A stretch of 41,656 nucleotides of DNA from Chthoniobacteraceae bacterium (GTDB lineage: Bacteria; Verrucomicrobiota; Verrucomicrobiia; Chthoniobacterales; Chthoniobacteraceae), in contig JBEBGD010000042.1 in the NCBI GenBank assembly GCA_040081625.1, forward strand, positions 1 through 41,656. The letters are read 5' to 3'. Shown piece by piece: positions 9,164 to 18,745 of this stretch. The notes beneath the pieces are model-generated. The model searched no databases, was not told the origin of the DNA, and saw only the letters and a list, made by a program, of their open reading frames with translations. The translations under genes and the position numbers were made by a program. Numbering within the stretch: position 1 is the first letter of the stretch; the number at the start of each line of letters is the position of its first letter.

Positions 9164-11842
9164 TTAGCCGAGCGCCTCGAGCATCCGCTGAAACTGTTCG
9201 AGCTTCTGCGCCCAGGTCTCCTCGCGCTGCCGGTGCTCGGCGAGCACTTGCGGCGGGACTTTGCCGGCGAAGTTCGTGTCGGCGAGCTTTGCACGGACCT
9301 TCCCAAGCTCCTGCTCGACCTTCGCGATTTCCTTCGTCAGGCGATCGCGCTCGGCGGAGGCGTCGATGAGTCCTTCCAGCGGGAGCAGCAGCTCGCCGAG
9401 CGGCGTGAGCGCGACGGGCGTGCCTTTGGGCGCCTGCCATTCGGCGTCAGCCAAGTCGAGCGGGTCAGCAGCGAGGAGGAGTTCCAGCACGGCGTGATCG
9501 TGCTCGGTGAGGTAGCCGGCCCCGCAGCGCAGGACGAAGCGCACGCGCTTGCTCGACGCGATGTTGAAGTCGCGCCGCAATCCTCGCCCGGCGTTCACAA
9601 CTTCGTAGCGCTGCTGCGCGAATTCCTCATGCGACGGATCAATGTCCATGTAGTGCCGCTCGTCGTTCGTGAGCGGCTTCGGCCACGGCGCGTTCATGAT
9701 CGTGCGTCCGCCCTGGTCCGCCGGCATGTCGTCGCAATACCCGAGCCCGTGCCAGAGCTCCTCGGTGATGAAGGGCATGAACGGATGGAAGAGTCGCAGC
9801 GTGTGCGAGAGCACGAAGTCGAGCACGGCGAGCGTCGTGGACCTCCGCGCGTCGTCGTCGCTCGTGAGCGCCGCCTTGCTCGCCTCGAGATACCAGTCGC
9901 AAAACTCGCTCCAGAAAAAGCGGTAGAGCGTGGCCGTGGCGTCGCTGAACCGATACTGCTCGAGCGCGCGCGTGACTTCCTGCACGGCGCGGTCGAGCTG
10001 GAGGAGGATCCACTTGTCGTCGGCGGTCAGCATCCGCGGGATGATCTCCGCCTCGTGTTCGCCGCCCTGCATCTGGCGAAAGCGCGCGGCGTTCCAGAGC
10101 TTCGTGCAGAAGTTGCGGCCGAGCTCGACGTTCTTCTCGTCGTAGGTCACGTCCGTGCCGAGCGGCGCCGAGCGCATCACGCCGAAGCGCAGCGCATCCG
10201 CGCCGAACTTCGCGATGAGGTCGAGCGGGTCGGGCGAGTTGCCGAGCGACTTCGACATCTTGCGGCCCTGCTTGTCGCGGATGATGCCGGTGAAATAGAC
10301 GTTCCGGAACGGCAGCTCGCCCATGAACTCGTGGCCCGCCATGATCATGCGCGCGACCCAGAAGAAGATGATGTCGGGGCCGGTGACGAGATCGGTCGTC
10401 GGGTAAAATTTCGCGAGCGTGTCCGTCTTCTCCGGCCAGCCCATCGTCGCGAAGGGCCACAGCCACGAGCTGAACCACGTGTCGAGCACGTCGGTGTCCT
10501 GCGTCCAGCCGTCGCCCTCGGGCGCGTCGATGCCACAATATGTCTCGTCGCCGCGATACCACACGGGCACGCGATGCCCCCACCAGAGCTGCCGCGAGAT
10601 GCACCAGTCGCGGATGTTTTCCATCCAGTGGTCATAGACCTTCGCCCAGCGGTCGGGGAAAAACTTCATGCGCCCTTCTGCGACGCACGCCTTCGACTCC
10701 GCGACGCTCGGGTATTTCAAAAACCACTGCTCGCTCAGGCGCGGCTCGATCGGCACGTCGGCGCGCTCGGAGTAGCCGACGTTGTTTTGATACGGCTCCT
10801 CCTTGTCGAGCACGCCGAGCTCGCGCAGGCGATCGACAGCGACATTGCGCGCCTCGAAGCGGTCGAGACCGACGAGCGATTCACCGGCGAGCGCATTCAT
10901 CGTGCCGTCGGGATTCATCACGTCGATCACCGGCAGATTGTGCCGCTGTGCGATCTCGAAGTCGGCCATGTCGTGCGCGGGCGTGACCTTCAGCACACCG
11001 GTGCCGAACTCGAAATCCACGTGCTCGTCGCCGATGATCGGGATGAGCTTCTGATCAGCGGGAAGATTCACCGGCAGCGGGCGGATGACGTGCTTGCCGA
11101 TGAGATGCGCGTAGCGCTCGTCCTTCGGATTCACGGCGACGGCAGTGTCGCCAGGGATGACTTCGGGGCGCGTCGTCGCGATGGTGAGCCATGTGCCGGG
11201 CAGCTCGGCGACTTCCTCGCGGAAGTGGAACATCGTGCTGTTCTGCGGCTTCATCGTGACCTCCTCGTCGGAGAGCGCGGTGAGCGAGACGGGACACCAG
11301 TTCACCATCCGTTTGCCGCGATAGATGAGCCCCTTTTTGTAAAGCTCGACGAAGACCTGCGACACGCACCGGGAGTATTCCGGGTCCATCGTGAAGCGCT
11401 CGCGCGACCAGTCGCACGACGCGCCGAGTTTCTTGAGCTGCTGGATGATGATGCCGCCGTGCTTGTCCTTCCACTCCCACACCTTTTCGAGAAACTTCTC
11501 CCGCCCGAGATCGTCGCGATGCCGGATGACGCCCTGCTTTTTCAGCGTCCGCTCGACGACCGTCTGCGTCGCGATGCCGGCGTGATCGGTGCCCGGAAGC
11601 CAGAGCACTTCCTTGCCGAGCATCCGCGCGCGGCGGGCGAGGATGTCCTGGATCGTGTTGTTGAGCACGTGGCCGAGCGTGAGCACGCCGGTGACGTTCG
11701 GCGGCGGGATGACGATGGAATACGCGGGGCGCTGGTCGGACACGCGCTCGGGCCGCGCGGTAAAGCAGCCCTGTTCGAGCCATGCGGCATACCAGCGCTC
11801 TTCGACGCTGGCGGGTTCGTAGGTCTTGGCGAGTTCGGGCAT
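9164..11842 (-). CDS. valS: Valine--tRNA ligase
   Basis: PPPNVTG, HIGH-like TLGH, GTDHAGIATQ, DWCISRQLWWGH, DVLDTWFSS, KMSKS, C-terminal coiled coil. Start at ATG 11842 (MPELAKTY). Confidence 0.97.
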   Translation of the reverse strand: MPELAKTYEPASVEERWYAAWLEQGCFTARPERVSDQRPAYSIVIPPPNVTGVLTLGHVLNNTIQDILARRARMLGKEVLWLPGTDHAGIATQTVVERTLKKQGVIRHRDDLGREKFLEKVWEWKDKHGGIIIQQLKKLGASCDWSRERFTMDPEYSRCVSQVFVELYKKGLIYRGKRMVNWCPVSLTALSDEEVTMKPQNSTMFHFREEVAELPGTWLTIATTRPEVIPGDTAVAVNPKDERYAHLIGKHVIRPLPVNLPADQKLIPIIGDEHVDFEFGTGVLKVTPAHDMADFEIAQRHNLPVIDVMNPDGTMNALAGESLVGLDRFEARNVAVDRLRELGVLDKEEPYQNNVGYSERADVPIEPRLSEQWFLKYPSVAESKACVAEGRMKFFPDRWAKVYDHWMENIRDWCISRQLWWGHRVPVWYRGDETYCGIDAPEGDGWTQDTDVLDTWFSSWLWPFATMGWPEKTDTLAKFYPTTDLVTGPDIIFFWVARMIMAGHEFMGELPFRNVYFTGIIRDKQGRKMSKSLGNSPDPLDLIAKFGADALRFGVMRSAPLGTDVTYDEKNVELGRNFCTKLWNAARFRQMQGGEHEAEIIPRMLTADDKWILLQLDRAVQEVTRALEQYRFSDATATLYRFFWSEFCDWYLEASKAALTSDDDARRSTTLAVLDFVLSHTLRLFHPFMPFITEELWHGLGYCDDMPADQGGRTIMNAPWPKPLTNDERHYMDIDPSHEEFAQQRYEVVNAGRGLRRDFNIASSKRVRFVLRCGAGYLTEHDHAVLELLLAADPLDLADAEWQAPKGTPVALTPLGELLLPLEGLIDASAERDRLTKEIAKVEQELGKVRAKLADTNFAGKVPPQVLAEHRQREETWAQKLEQFQRMLEALG

Positions 11843-11953
11843 AGGAAAAAGGGCGCGCACTTTCCTCGCGACCGCACGGCTTGGCAAGAAGCTGCTGGAA
11901 TGCGCCAAACAAAGCGCTGTCTCCGGTGCCTGCGCTGCGGCAGAGTCCGCGCC

Positions 11954-12046
11954 ATGCTCAACAAGTCCACTTCCCGCGCCGTGCAAATCATCGTCTGCGC
12001 TGTCCTCGCGATGGCATGCTCCGGTTGCGCCATCTTCCACCTGTGA
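11954..12046 (+). CDS. Putative 30-aa small lipoprotein-like peptide
   Basis: MLNKSTSRAVQIIVCAVLAMACSGCAIFHL: basic N-region, hydrophobic core and lipobox-like SGC, in the valS-hisC divergent gap. Confidence 0.3.
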   Translation: MLNKSTSRAVQIIVCAVLAMACSGCAIFHL

Positions 12047-12116
12047 TGCATCGTCGCGTGGGTCGGGAGTAGGGCTGGCGTTGGCAGGGCTGCTCGGCAT
12101 ATTGCGCGCCCTTTCC

Positions 12117-13211
12117 ATGTCCGACCTCTGGCAATCCGCACATTCCTGGCTGCGCGAACTCGTCTCCTACGAGCCCGGCAAGCCGATCGAAGACGTCGCG
12201 CGCGAACTCGGCTTGCGGCCCGAGCAGATCATCAAGCTCGCGTCGAACGAGAACCCGCTCGGCCCGTCACCCAAGGCGCTCGCGGCGATGCGCGAGACGA
12301 TCGAGCGCGCGCACTTTTATCCCGATGGCGGCGGTTACTATTTGCGCGAAGCGATCGCGCAAAAACTCGGCGTCACGCGCGCGCATGTGATCCTCGGCTG
12401 CGGCTCGAACGAGGTGATCGAGTTCATCGGCAAGGCGTTCCTAAATCCGGGCGACGACGTGATCGCGTCGCGGCACGCGTTCGTCGTCTATAAGCTGATG
12501 GCGACGCTCTTCGGCGCGCACACGATCGAGGTGCCGGACCCGAACTTCGCGCACGACCTCGATGGATTCCTCGCGGCGATCACGCCGCGGACGAAGGAAA
12601 TCTTCATCGCCAATCCGAACAACCCGACGGGCACGCTCTGCTCGCAGGAGGAGATCGACCGGTTCATGGCGCGCGTGCCGGAGCACATCGTGGTCGTGTT
12701 CGACGAAGCGTATTATGAATTCCTGCCCGAGCCGCCGGACACGCTCAAGTTTGTGCGCGAAGGCCGCAACGTCGTCGTGCTGCGCACCTTCTCGAAAATC
12801 CAGGGCCTCGCGAACCTACGCATCGGCTACGGCATCGCGAAGCCGGAGCTGATCGACGTGCTGCAAAAGACACGGCAGCCCTTCAACGCAAACGGCATCG
12901 CGCAGGCCGGCGCGCTCGCGGGCATTCTCGACGACGAGCATCAGCAAAAGACCCGCGAGCTGACATGGGCCGGGCGCGACTTCCTGCAGGCGGAGTTCGC
13001 GGCGATGGGACTCGAGTTCGTGCCGAGCCACGCGAATTTCATCCTCGTCAAAGTCGGCGATGGGAAGCGCGTCTTCACCGAGTTGATGAAGCGCGGCGTG
13101 ATCATCCGCGACATGGCGGCTTACGGGCTGCCGGAGTGGATCCGTGTGAGCATCGGCACGCGCGAGCAGAACGAGCGTTTCCTCGCCGAGTTGCGCGTGC
13201 TGCTCGCCTGA
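12117..13211 (+). CDS. hisC: Histidinol-phosphate aminotransferase
   Basis: YEPGKPIE, KLASNENPLG, NPNNPTG, DEAYYEF, RTFSKIQGLA.LRIGY. Start at ATG 12117. Confidence 0.94.
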   Translation: MSDLWQSAHSWLRELVSYEPGKPIEDVARELGLRPEQIIKLASNENPLGPSPKALAAMRETIERAHFYPDGGGYYLREAIAQKLGVTRAHVILGCGSNEVIEFIGKAFLNPGDDVIASRHAFVVYKLMATLFGAHTIEVPDPNFAHDLDGFLAAITPRTKEIFIANPNNPTGTLCSQEEIDRFMARVPEHIVVVFDEAYYEFLPEPPDTLKFVREGRNVVVLRTFSKIQGLANLRIGYGIAKPELIDVLQKTRQPFNANGIAQAGALAGILDDEHQQKTRELTWAGRDFLQAEFAAMGLEFVPSHANFILVKVGDGKRVFTELMKRGVIIRDMAAYGLPEWIRVSIGTREQNERFLAELRVLLA

Positions 13212-13212
13212 G

Positions 13213-14316
13213 TTAGTTCTCCTCGCCGTTATCGAGGGCCTTGGCGGCGTCGAACTCCGGCTTCGGGAAGTCCGCGAGCTTCTCGCGCGCGATCTTCGCG
13301 CGGACGAAATCGCGCTCATCGGCGGCGAGCTTGGCCTGCGAACCCTTTTGCAAGTGCGCGGGCTGCGTCTCCATGAACAGCTCGTCGATCGTCTGGCGCC
13401 AGTTCTCCGGGAAGATGTTCAGGTCGATGCCGAGCTTGATGAAGGAGAGGTGGTTCAGGCCTTCCTTCGACGTGATCGAATACGCCTGGCGCAGGATGCC
13501 GTAGCCGCGGCCGATGTGATCGAAGAGCGTGTTAGGGCGCTTTTGCAGCAGCATCATGCGCGCGTTTCGCTCGTGGTCAATGATGCTGAGGATGACCTTG
13601 TTCAGCTTCTCGATGATCTCGTCTTCGCGCTCGCCGAGCGTGGTTTGATTCGAGACCTGAAAAAGATTCCCGAGCGCCTCGGTGCCTTCGCCGTAGAGGC
13701 CGCGCACGGCGAGCTGAATCTTGTTTGTGGCCTGGATGATCTGGTTGATCTGCTCGCTGAGCACGAGCGCGGGCAGGTGGACCATTGCGCTCGCTCTCAT
13801 GCCGGTGCCGACATTGGTCGGACACGCGGTGAGGTAGCCGAGTCGCGGGTGGAAAGCGAAGTCGAGCCGCTCCTCGAGGCCGCTGTCCACCTTGTCGATC
13901 ATCTTGAAGACGCTCTTCAATTGCAGCCCGGCGCGAATCCCCTGCATGCGCAGATGATCCTCCTCGTTGACCATGATCGAGAGCGTTTGCTTTTTGTTCA
14001 GCACCACGGCGGAGCCGACGCCTTTCGCGGCGTGCTCGCGCGAGATGAGGTGGCGCTCGACGAGCACCTGTTTTTCCAGCGCGGAGAGATCCTGCGAATA
14101 GATCGAGTGCGCGTCGGCCATCTCGGTCAGCTCCTCGACGCGCGGCTTGATCGTCTCGAGGATCGAGATGCGCTCGGCGCGCTTGGCCCAGCCGGGGAAG
14201 GCGAAGCCGCGCAGGTTGCGCGCGAGTCGCACGCGGCTGGTGACGACGATCTTTTGGTGCGGGCCTTCGCCGCGCAGCCATTCGCCGGAGCCGGAAAGGA
14301 TGTGATGGATCGCCAT
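13213..14316 (-). CDS. mcsB: Protein arginine kinase
   Basis: SRVRLARNL, LVERHLIS, NEEDHLR, GYLTACPTNVGTG, VRGLYGEG, QVSNQTTLG. Confidence 0.93.
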   Translation of the reverse strand: MAIHHILSGSGEWLRGEGPHQKIVVTSRVRLARNLRGFAFPGWAKRAERISILETIKPRVEELTEMADAHSIYSQDLSALEKQVLVERHLISREHAAKGVGSAVVLNKKQTLSIMVNEEDHLRMQGIRAGLQLKSVFKMIDKVDSGLEERLDFAFHPRLGYLTACPTNVGTGMRASAMVHLPALVLSEQINQIIQATNKIQLAVRGLYGEGTEALGNLFQVSNQTTLGEREDEIIEKLNKVILSIIDHERNARMMLLQKRPNTLFDHIGRGYGILRQAYSITSKEGLNHLSFIKLGIDLNIFPENWRQTIDELFMETQPAHLQKGSQAKLAADERDFVRAKIAREKLADFPKPEFDAAKALDNGEEN

Positions 14317-14318
14317 GG

Positions 14319-14804
14319 TCAGTGCTCGGTCTGGATGGTCCGGATCTGGTCGCGCAGTAGCGCGGCGGATTCGTAATTCTCCGAGGCGACGGCCTTGCGC
14401 AGGTCTCGCTGGAGTTCCTTGAGCTGGTGCTCGCGCTGGATCGAACGCGCGAGTCGCGACGGCACCTTGCCGACGTGTTCCTCGCCCTTGTGCATGCCCT
14501 TGATGAGCGCATCGAGCGCCTCGCTAAACGTGTCGTAACACGAGGCGCAGCCGAGGCGCCCGGTCTTCTTGAAGTCCGCCTGGCTGAAGCCGCATGTCGG
14601 GCACTTGACGACGCCGCCGCCCTTCTCGATCTCCTGCGCGGCGCCGAGCCCGAGCAGCAGGTCGGCGAGCGCGAAGCCGGTCGGATCGGTCACGCCTTTT
14701 TCCTTCGAGCACGTCTCGCAGAGGTTCACCTTCTGCATCTTGCCGTCCACGATCTGGGTCAGGAAGACCGTGGCTTGATTTTGTTTGCACACGTCGCAGT
14801 TCAT
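14319..14804 (-). CDS. mcsA: McsB activator (CxxC + UVR domain)
   Basis: Four CxxC motifs (CDVC, CETC, CPTC, CASC), HVGKVP, UVR motif ENYESAALLRDQI; directly upstream of mcsB. Confidence 0.9.
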   Translation of the reverse strand: MNCDVCKQNQATVFLTQIVDGKMQKVNLCETCSKEKGVTDPTGFALADLLLGLGAAQEIEKGGGVVKCPTCGFSQADFKKTGRLGCASCYDTFSEALDALIKGMHKGEEHVGKVPSRLARSIQREHQLKELQRDLRKAVASENYESAALLRDQIRTIQTEH

Positions 14805-14816
14805 CGCGGTGGCTCT

Positions 14817-15695
14817 TTAGTAAACGGGCGTGCCGGTGGTCTGGGTCAGCTCGCGGAAGGCCGCGACGATCCGCTGCGTGAGCGGCCCGGGCTTCCCGTT
14901 GCCGATCGCGCGCTGGTCGAGCTTCACTGCGGCGATGACTTCCGCGGCTGTGCCGGTCAGGAAACATTCGTCGGCGATGTAGATGTCGTGCCGGCTGATG
15001 TCGCGCTCGACGATCTTCACGCCGAGCTTTTCCGCGATCTCGAAGACAACGCCTCGCGTGATCCCGTCGAGCGCTCCGGCGGTGAGCGGAGGCGTGGAGA
15101 TGACGCCGTCGCGCACGATGAAGAGATTGTCGCCGGTGCATTCCGCGACGAGGCCCACGTCGTTGAGCATCAGCCCTTCTTCCGCGCCGGCCTGGATCGC
15201 TTCGACCTTCGCCATGATGTTGTTGAGGTAGTTCAGCGACTTCACCTGCGGGCTGAGGATGTCGTGCGAAGGCCGGCGCGTGGCGCACGTCGCCATCGTC
15301 AGCCCGGTCGCGTAGGCTTCCTTCGGGTAAAGCGAGATCGTCGCCGCGATGATGATCACCGACGCCTTCGGGCACTTGAACGGACTCAGCCCCATCGGCC
15401 CGACACCGCGCGTGATCACGAGCCGGATGTAACCGTCGCGAAGCTTGTTCGCCGCGATGGTCTCACACGTCGCCTTGATCATCTCCTCCGCGCTGATCGG
15501 GATGGTCAGCAGCAGCGCTTTCGCGGAGTCGTAGAGCCGGCGGATGTGCTGCTCTAGCCGGAAGACGCGGCCATTGTAGAAGCGGATGCCCTCGAAGACT
15601 CCATCGCCGTAGAGCAAGCCGTGATCGAACACGGAAATCTTCGCCTCAGTTTCCGGCAACAGCGTGCCGTCGATATAGATCATCAGCTTGTCCAT
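14817..15695 (-). CDS. ilvE: Branched-chain amino acid aminotransferase
   Basis: DHGLLYGDGVFEGIR, YIRLVITRG, KSLNYL, ECTGDN, LDGITR, GTAAEV. Start at ATG 15695. Confidence 0.95.
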   Translation of the reverse strand: MDKLMIYIDGTLLPETEAKISVFDHGLLYGDGVFEGIRFYNGRVFRLEQHIRRLYDSAKALLLTIPISAEEMIKATCETIAANKLRDGYIRLVITRGVGPMGLSPFKCPKASVIIIAATISLYPKEAYATGLTMATCATRRPSHDILSPQVKSLNYLNNIMAKVEAIQAGAEEGLMLNDVGLVAECTGDNLFIVRDGVISTPPLTAGALDGITRGVVFEIAEKLGVKIVERDISRHDIYIADECFLTGTAAEVIAAVKLDQRAIGNGKPGPLTQRIVAAFRELTQTTGTPVY

Positions 15696-15745
15696 GATTT
15701 CGTCCGATGAAACTGGCAGTGCGCGGGCGCTTGCGCAAGCGGGCG

Positions 15746-16879
15746 CTACTGCGAACGCCAGTGGTGCAGTTTCTCGCTCGTCGCGTAGTGCCAGAGCGCG
15801 CGCACCGTCGCGATGTTGAGGAAGACGAACCCGGCGGGCAGCGACACGATCCGCGCGCGCACTTGCGGCACCGCCATGCCGAGCAGCGCGAGCGCGTAGA
15901 AGGCGAGCTGCGCCGCGAAGATCGCGCGGAAGAGCGGGTGGGGGAGCAACGCCACGTTTGTGGCGAAGACGATCAGCAGCAGCGCGGGCGCGATCAGCCG
16001 GAGCACCTTGTGCGAGAGGAATTGCCACCACAGACGGTGCCCCCGCGGCAGCAGCCACGCCGGATGGCGGAAGAGCATCTGGAAATTGCCCGCCAGCGTC
16101 CGCCGTTTGCGCGCCTGCTCCCGCTCGGGCTCGAGCTGTTGCGGGTCGAAGGCGGGCGCCTCCGGATCGTGCAGCACTCGCGCGCCCTGCGCGGCGATCT
16201 GCATCGGGATCACCACGTCATCGAGCAGCGTGTCGTCGGCGATGGGCCGGTAAAGCGCGCGCCGGATCGCATATACCGCGCCGGTGCAGCCGATGCATGA
16301 GTCCCATCTTGCCTCGTCCGCGCGCAATCTTTTCTCCATCCGCCAATACGCATCCACGGCCTGCCCCACGCCGCTCGCTGCGGCCTCGATCTCCAGCTCG
16401 CCGCTCACCGCGCCCACCTCCGCGTCCGCGAAGTGCCGCACGAGATGCGCGATCGTCCGCGCTCCGAACCGCTGCCGCGCGTCCGCGAACACCACGATCT
16501 CCCCGCGACACTGCGCGAGCGCCGCGTTCAGCCCCGCTGCCTTGCCGGAGCGCTCCGGTTGTTCGATCAAGACCACGCGTGCATCGCCGATCGCGCGCAC
16601 CCGCGCGGCGGTCGCGTCCGTCGAGCCGTCGCTCACCACGATCACGCCGAGTTTATCCGGCGGATACTCCGCTGCGAGCAAGTCTGCCACGCGTGCCGCG
16701 ATCCGTTCCTGCTCGTTGAAGGCCACGACCACGCACATCACCACCGGCTGCTCCGCTGCCGGCGGTGGTGCCGCGGCTCCGCGCGCCCGTGCCAGCGCGC
16801 GCATGAGCAGCGCGTAACCCGCGAAGGTGTAGGCGAGCAGCAAGGCGGAGAGGAGAAAGAGCGCGAGGGCAGGGAACAT
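15746..16879 (-). CDS. Glycosyltransferase family 2 (PgaC/IcaA-like)
   Basis: AFNEQ, SDGSTD, GKAAGLN, FADA, GAVYAIRR, LDDV, RKRR, SHKVLR; N- and C-terminal TM helices. Confidence 0.88.
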   Translation of the reverse strand: MFPALALFLLSALLLAYTFAGYALLMRALARARGAAAPPPAAEQPVVMCVVVAFNEQERIAARVADLLAAEYPPDKLGVIVVSDGSTDATAARVRAIGDARVVLIEQPERSGKAAGLNAALAQCRGEIVVFADARQRFGARTIAHLVRHFADAEVGAVSGELEIEAAASGVGQAVDAYWRMEKRLRADEARWDSCIGCTGAVYAIRRALYRPIADDTLLDDVVIPMQIAAQGARVLHDPEAPAFDPQQLEPEREQARKRRTLAGNFQMLFRHPAWLLPRGHRLWWQFLSHKVLRLIAPALLLIVFATNVALLPHPLFRAIFAAQLAFYALALLGMAVPQVRARIVSLPAGFVFLNIATVRALWHYATSEKLHHWRSQ

Positions 16880-16927
16880 TCGTTGCCCGATGTTTCACAA
16901 CACCGCCCTAGACGCCAGTTGCGGGAT

Positions 16928-18679
16928 GTGATTTCAAACGCCGCGCCCGTGTTCAAGCCCTTCCTCCTTCTCCCATTGCTGCTGCCGCTCGTGTGGTGGG
17001 CTCCGCGGCTGGGAGCGCGGTTGTTTCGCGCGATCGAGACCGCGCTGAACCACCTCGCGCGTCGCCCCGGTCGCGCCGTGCTCGTGGTCGGCCTCGCCTC
17101 CTTCGTGCTCAGCGTCATCCTCGCCGCGACCATCCGCGTCGTGCCCCCGCACACCCACGACGAATTCGGTTACCTCCTCATCGCGGACACCTTTTCCCAC
17201 GGCCGCGTCACCAATCCCCCGCACGCCCACTGGCCGCACTTCGAGAGCGTCCACGTCCTCCAGCAGCCGACCTACACGTCGAAATATCCGCCTGCACAAG
17301 GCCTCGCGCTCGCCATCGGCCAACTCCTCGCGCGCCTGCCCATGCTCGGCGTCTGGCTCACCTGCGCCCTCGCCTCCGCCACCGTCTGCTGGATGCTCAT
17401 GGCCTGGATGAAACCCCGCTGGGCCATCGTCGGCGGCCTGCTCACCGCCTTTCATCCGCAGATGATCGTCTGGAGCCAGGACTACTGGGGCGGCGCCGTC
17501 GCCCTCGCCGGCGGCGCCATCGTCCTCGGCGCCTTTCGCCGCATCCTGCGCGAACCCAAAACCCGCGACGCCATCTGGCTCGGCCTCGGCATGGCCATCC
17601 TCGCGAACAGCCGCCCCTACGAAGGCTTCGTCTTCAGCGCGCTCGTCTGCGCCACCCTCGCCGTCTGGTTCATCCGCCGCAGGATCAAGACCGGCACCTG
17701 GATCGTCGATCGCGGCGCCGCCGGCGACGCGCACCCCTCCGCCATCGCCCACCCGCGCTCCGCCCTGCGCACCGTCATCCTCCCGTGGGCGGCCATCATG
17801 GTCCTCCTCGCCGCGCAGATCGGCTACTATAATGCACGCAGCACCGGCTCCGCGCTGCGGATGCCCTACGTCGTGTGCGAAGCCACCTACGGCATCGCCC
17901 CGCTCTTCATCTTCCAGAGCCCGAAGCCCGAGCCTACCTACCGCCACGCCGAACTGCGCGCCCTCCAGCACGACTACCTCGCCTTCTACCGCCGCCAGGT
18001 GCAAAGCGGATGGACCCTCATCGCCGCCACCGTCCACAAGATCCACATCGTCCTCGAGAGCTGCCTCTGGTCGCGCCTCCTCCTCATCCCGCTCCTCGCC
18101 GCCCCGTGGGCCATCGCCGGCGACCGCTGGCTGCGCCTCGCCATCCCCGGCGGCCTCATCTTCTCCGAGGCCATGCTCCTCGGCACCTGGGTCTCCCCGC
18201 ACTACGCCGCCCCCGGCGCCGCCATCTTCATCGTCCTCGTCGTCACCTCCATGCGCTGGCTGAAGACCTTCACCCTGCGCGGGCGCCGCGTCGGCCAGGC
18301 CCTCCTCCGCGGCACCCTCTGCCTCTGCGCCCTCTCGAGCATCTTCACCATCGTGCGCATCGCCCAGATCCCCGAAGACCGGTGGGACTTCCAGCGCGCG
18401 CGCCTCCTCCGCCAGCTCGACGCCACCCCCGACCGCAACCTCGTCTTCGTCCGCTACCAGCTCGGCCACAATCCCCACCGCGAATGGGTCTATAACAGCG
18501 CCGACATCGACAGCGCCCACACCGTCCTCGCCCGCATCCTCTCCCCGAGGGAGAATGCGAAACTGCGCGAGTATTTCCGCGGCCATCGCCTCTGGATGCT
18601 CGAAGCCGACGCGCAACCCGCCACTCTCGTGCAGCTCGACGACCCCGCGCAGCTCCCGCCCGTCGCGCCACCGCGCTGA
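16928..18679 (+). CDS. Polytopic membrane protein, probable GT-C fold glycosyltransferase
   Basis: HDEFGY after the first TM, SKYPP, SRPYE, many TM segments and a soluble C-terminal tail. Start uncertain (GTG 16928 or 16949). Confidence 0.7.
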   Translation: MISNAAPVFKPFLLLPLLLPLVWWAPRLGARLFRAIETALNHLARRPGRAVLVVGLASFVLSVILAATIRVVPPHTHDEFGYLLIADTFSHGRVTNPPHAHWPHFESVHVLQQPTYTSKYPPAQGLALAIGQLLARLPMLGVWLTCALASATVCWMLMAWMKPRWAIVGGLLTAFHPQMIVWSQDYWGGAVALAGGAIVLGAFRRILREPKTRDAIWLGLGMAILANSRPYEGFVFSALVCATLAVWFIRRRIKTGTWIVDRGAAGDAHPSAIAHPRSALRTVILPWAAIMVLLAAQIGYYNARSTGSALRMPYVVCEATYGIAPLFIFQSPKPEPTYRHAELRALQHDYLAFYRRQVQSGWTLIAATVHKIHIVLESCLWSRLLLIPLLAAPWAIAGDRWLRLAIPGGLIFSEAMLLGTWVSPHYAAPGAAIFIVLVVTSMRWLKTFTLRGRRVGQALLRGTLCLCALSSIFTIVRIAQIPEDRWDFQRARLLRQLDATPDRNLVFVRYQLGHNPHREWVYNSADIDSAHTVLARILSPRENAKLREYFRGHRLWMLEADAQPATLVQLDDPAQLPPVAPPR

Positions 18680-18745
18680 CGCTGCGCAAAATCCGCTCGC
18701 ACCCGCTGCGGACCCCGCGCTACGAGCACCACGCGCCCCCGCTTC

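Noticed and set aside
8288..12046. 1252-aa + strand ORF (also 2203-4101, 5692-8172, 16934-20086 and 33998-36709 on the minus strand)
   Set aside because: Antisense shadows of well-supported genes in high-GC DNA; no recognisable motifs.
11843..12118. Long N-terminal extensions of valS and hisC in the ORF track (also argD, sucD, ilvE, ctaB, SCO, ctaC)
   Set aside because: Extensions overlap neighbours or promoters and lack homology-like sequence; downstream starts match family N-termini.
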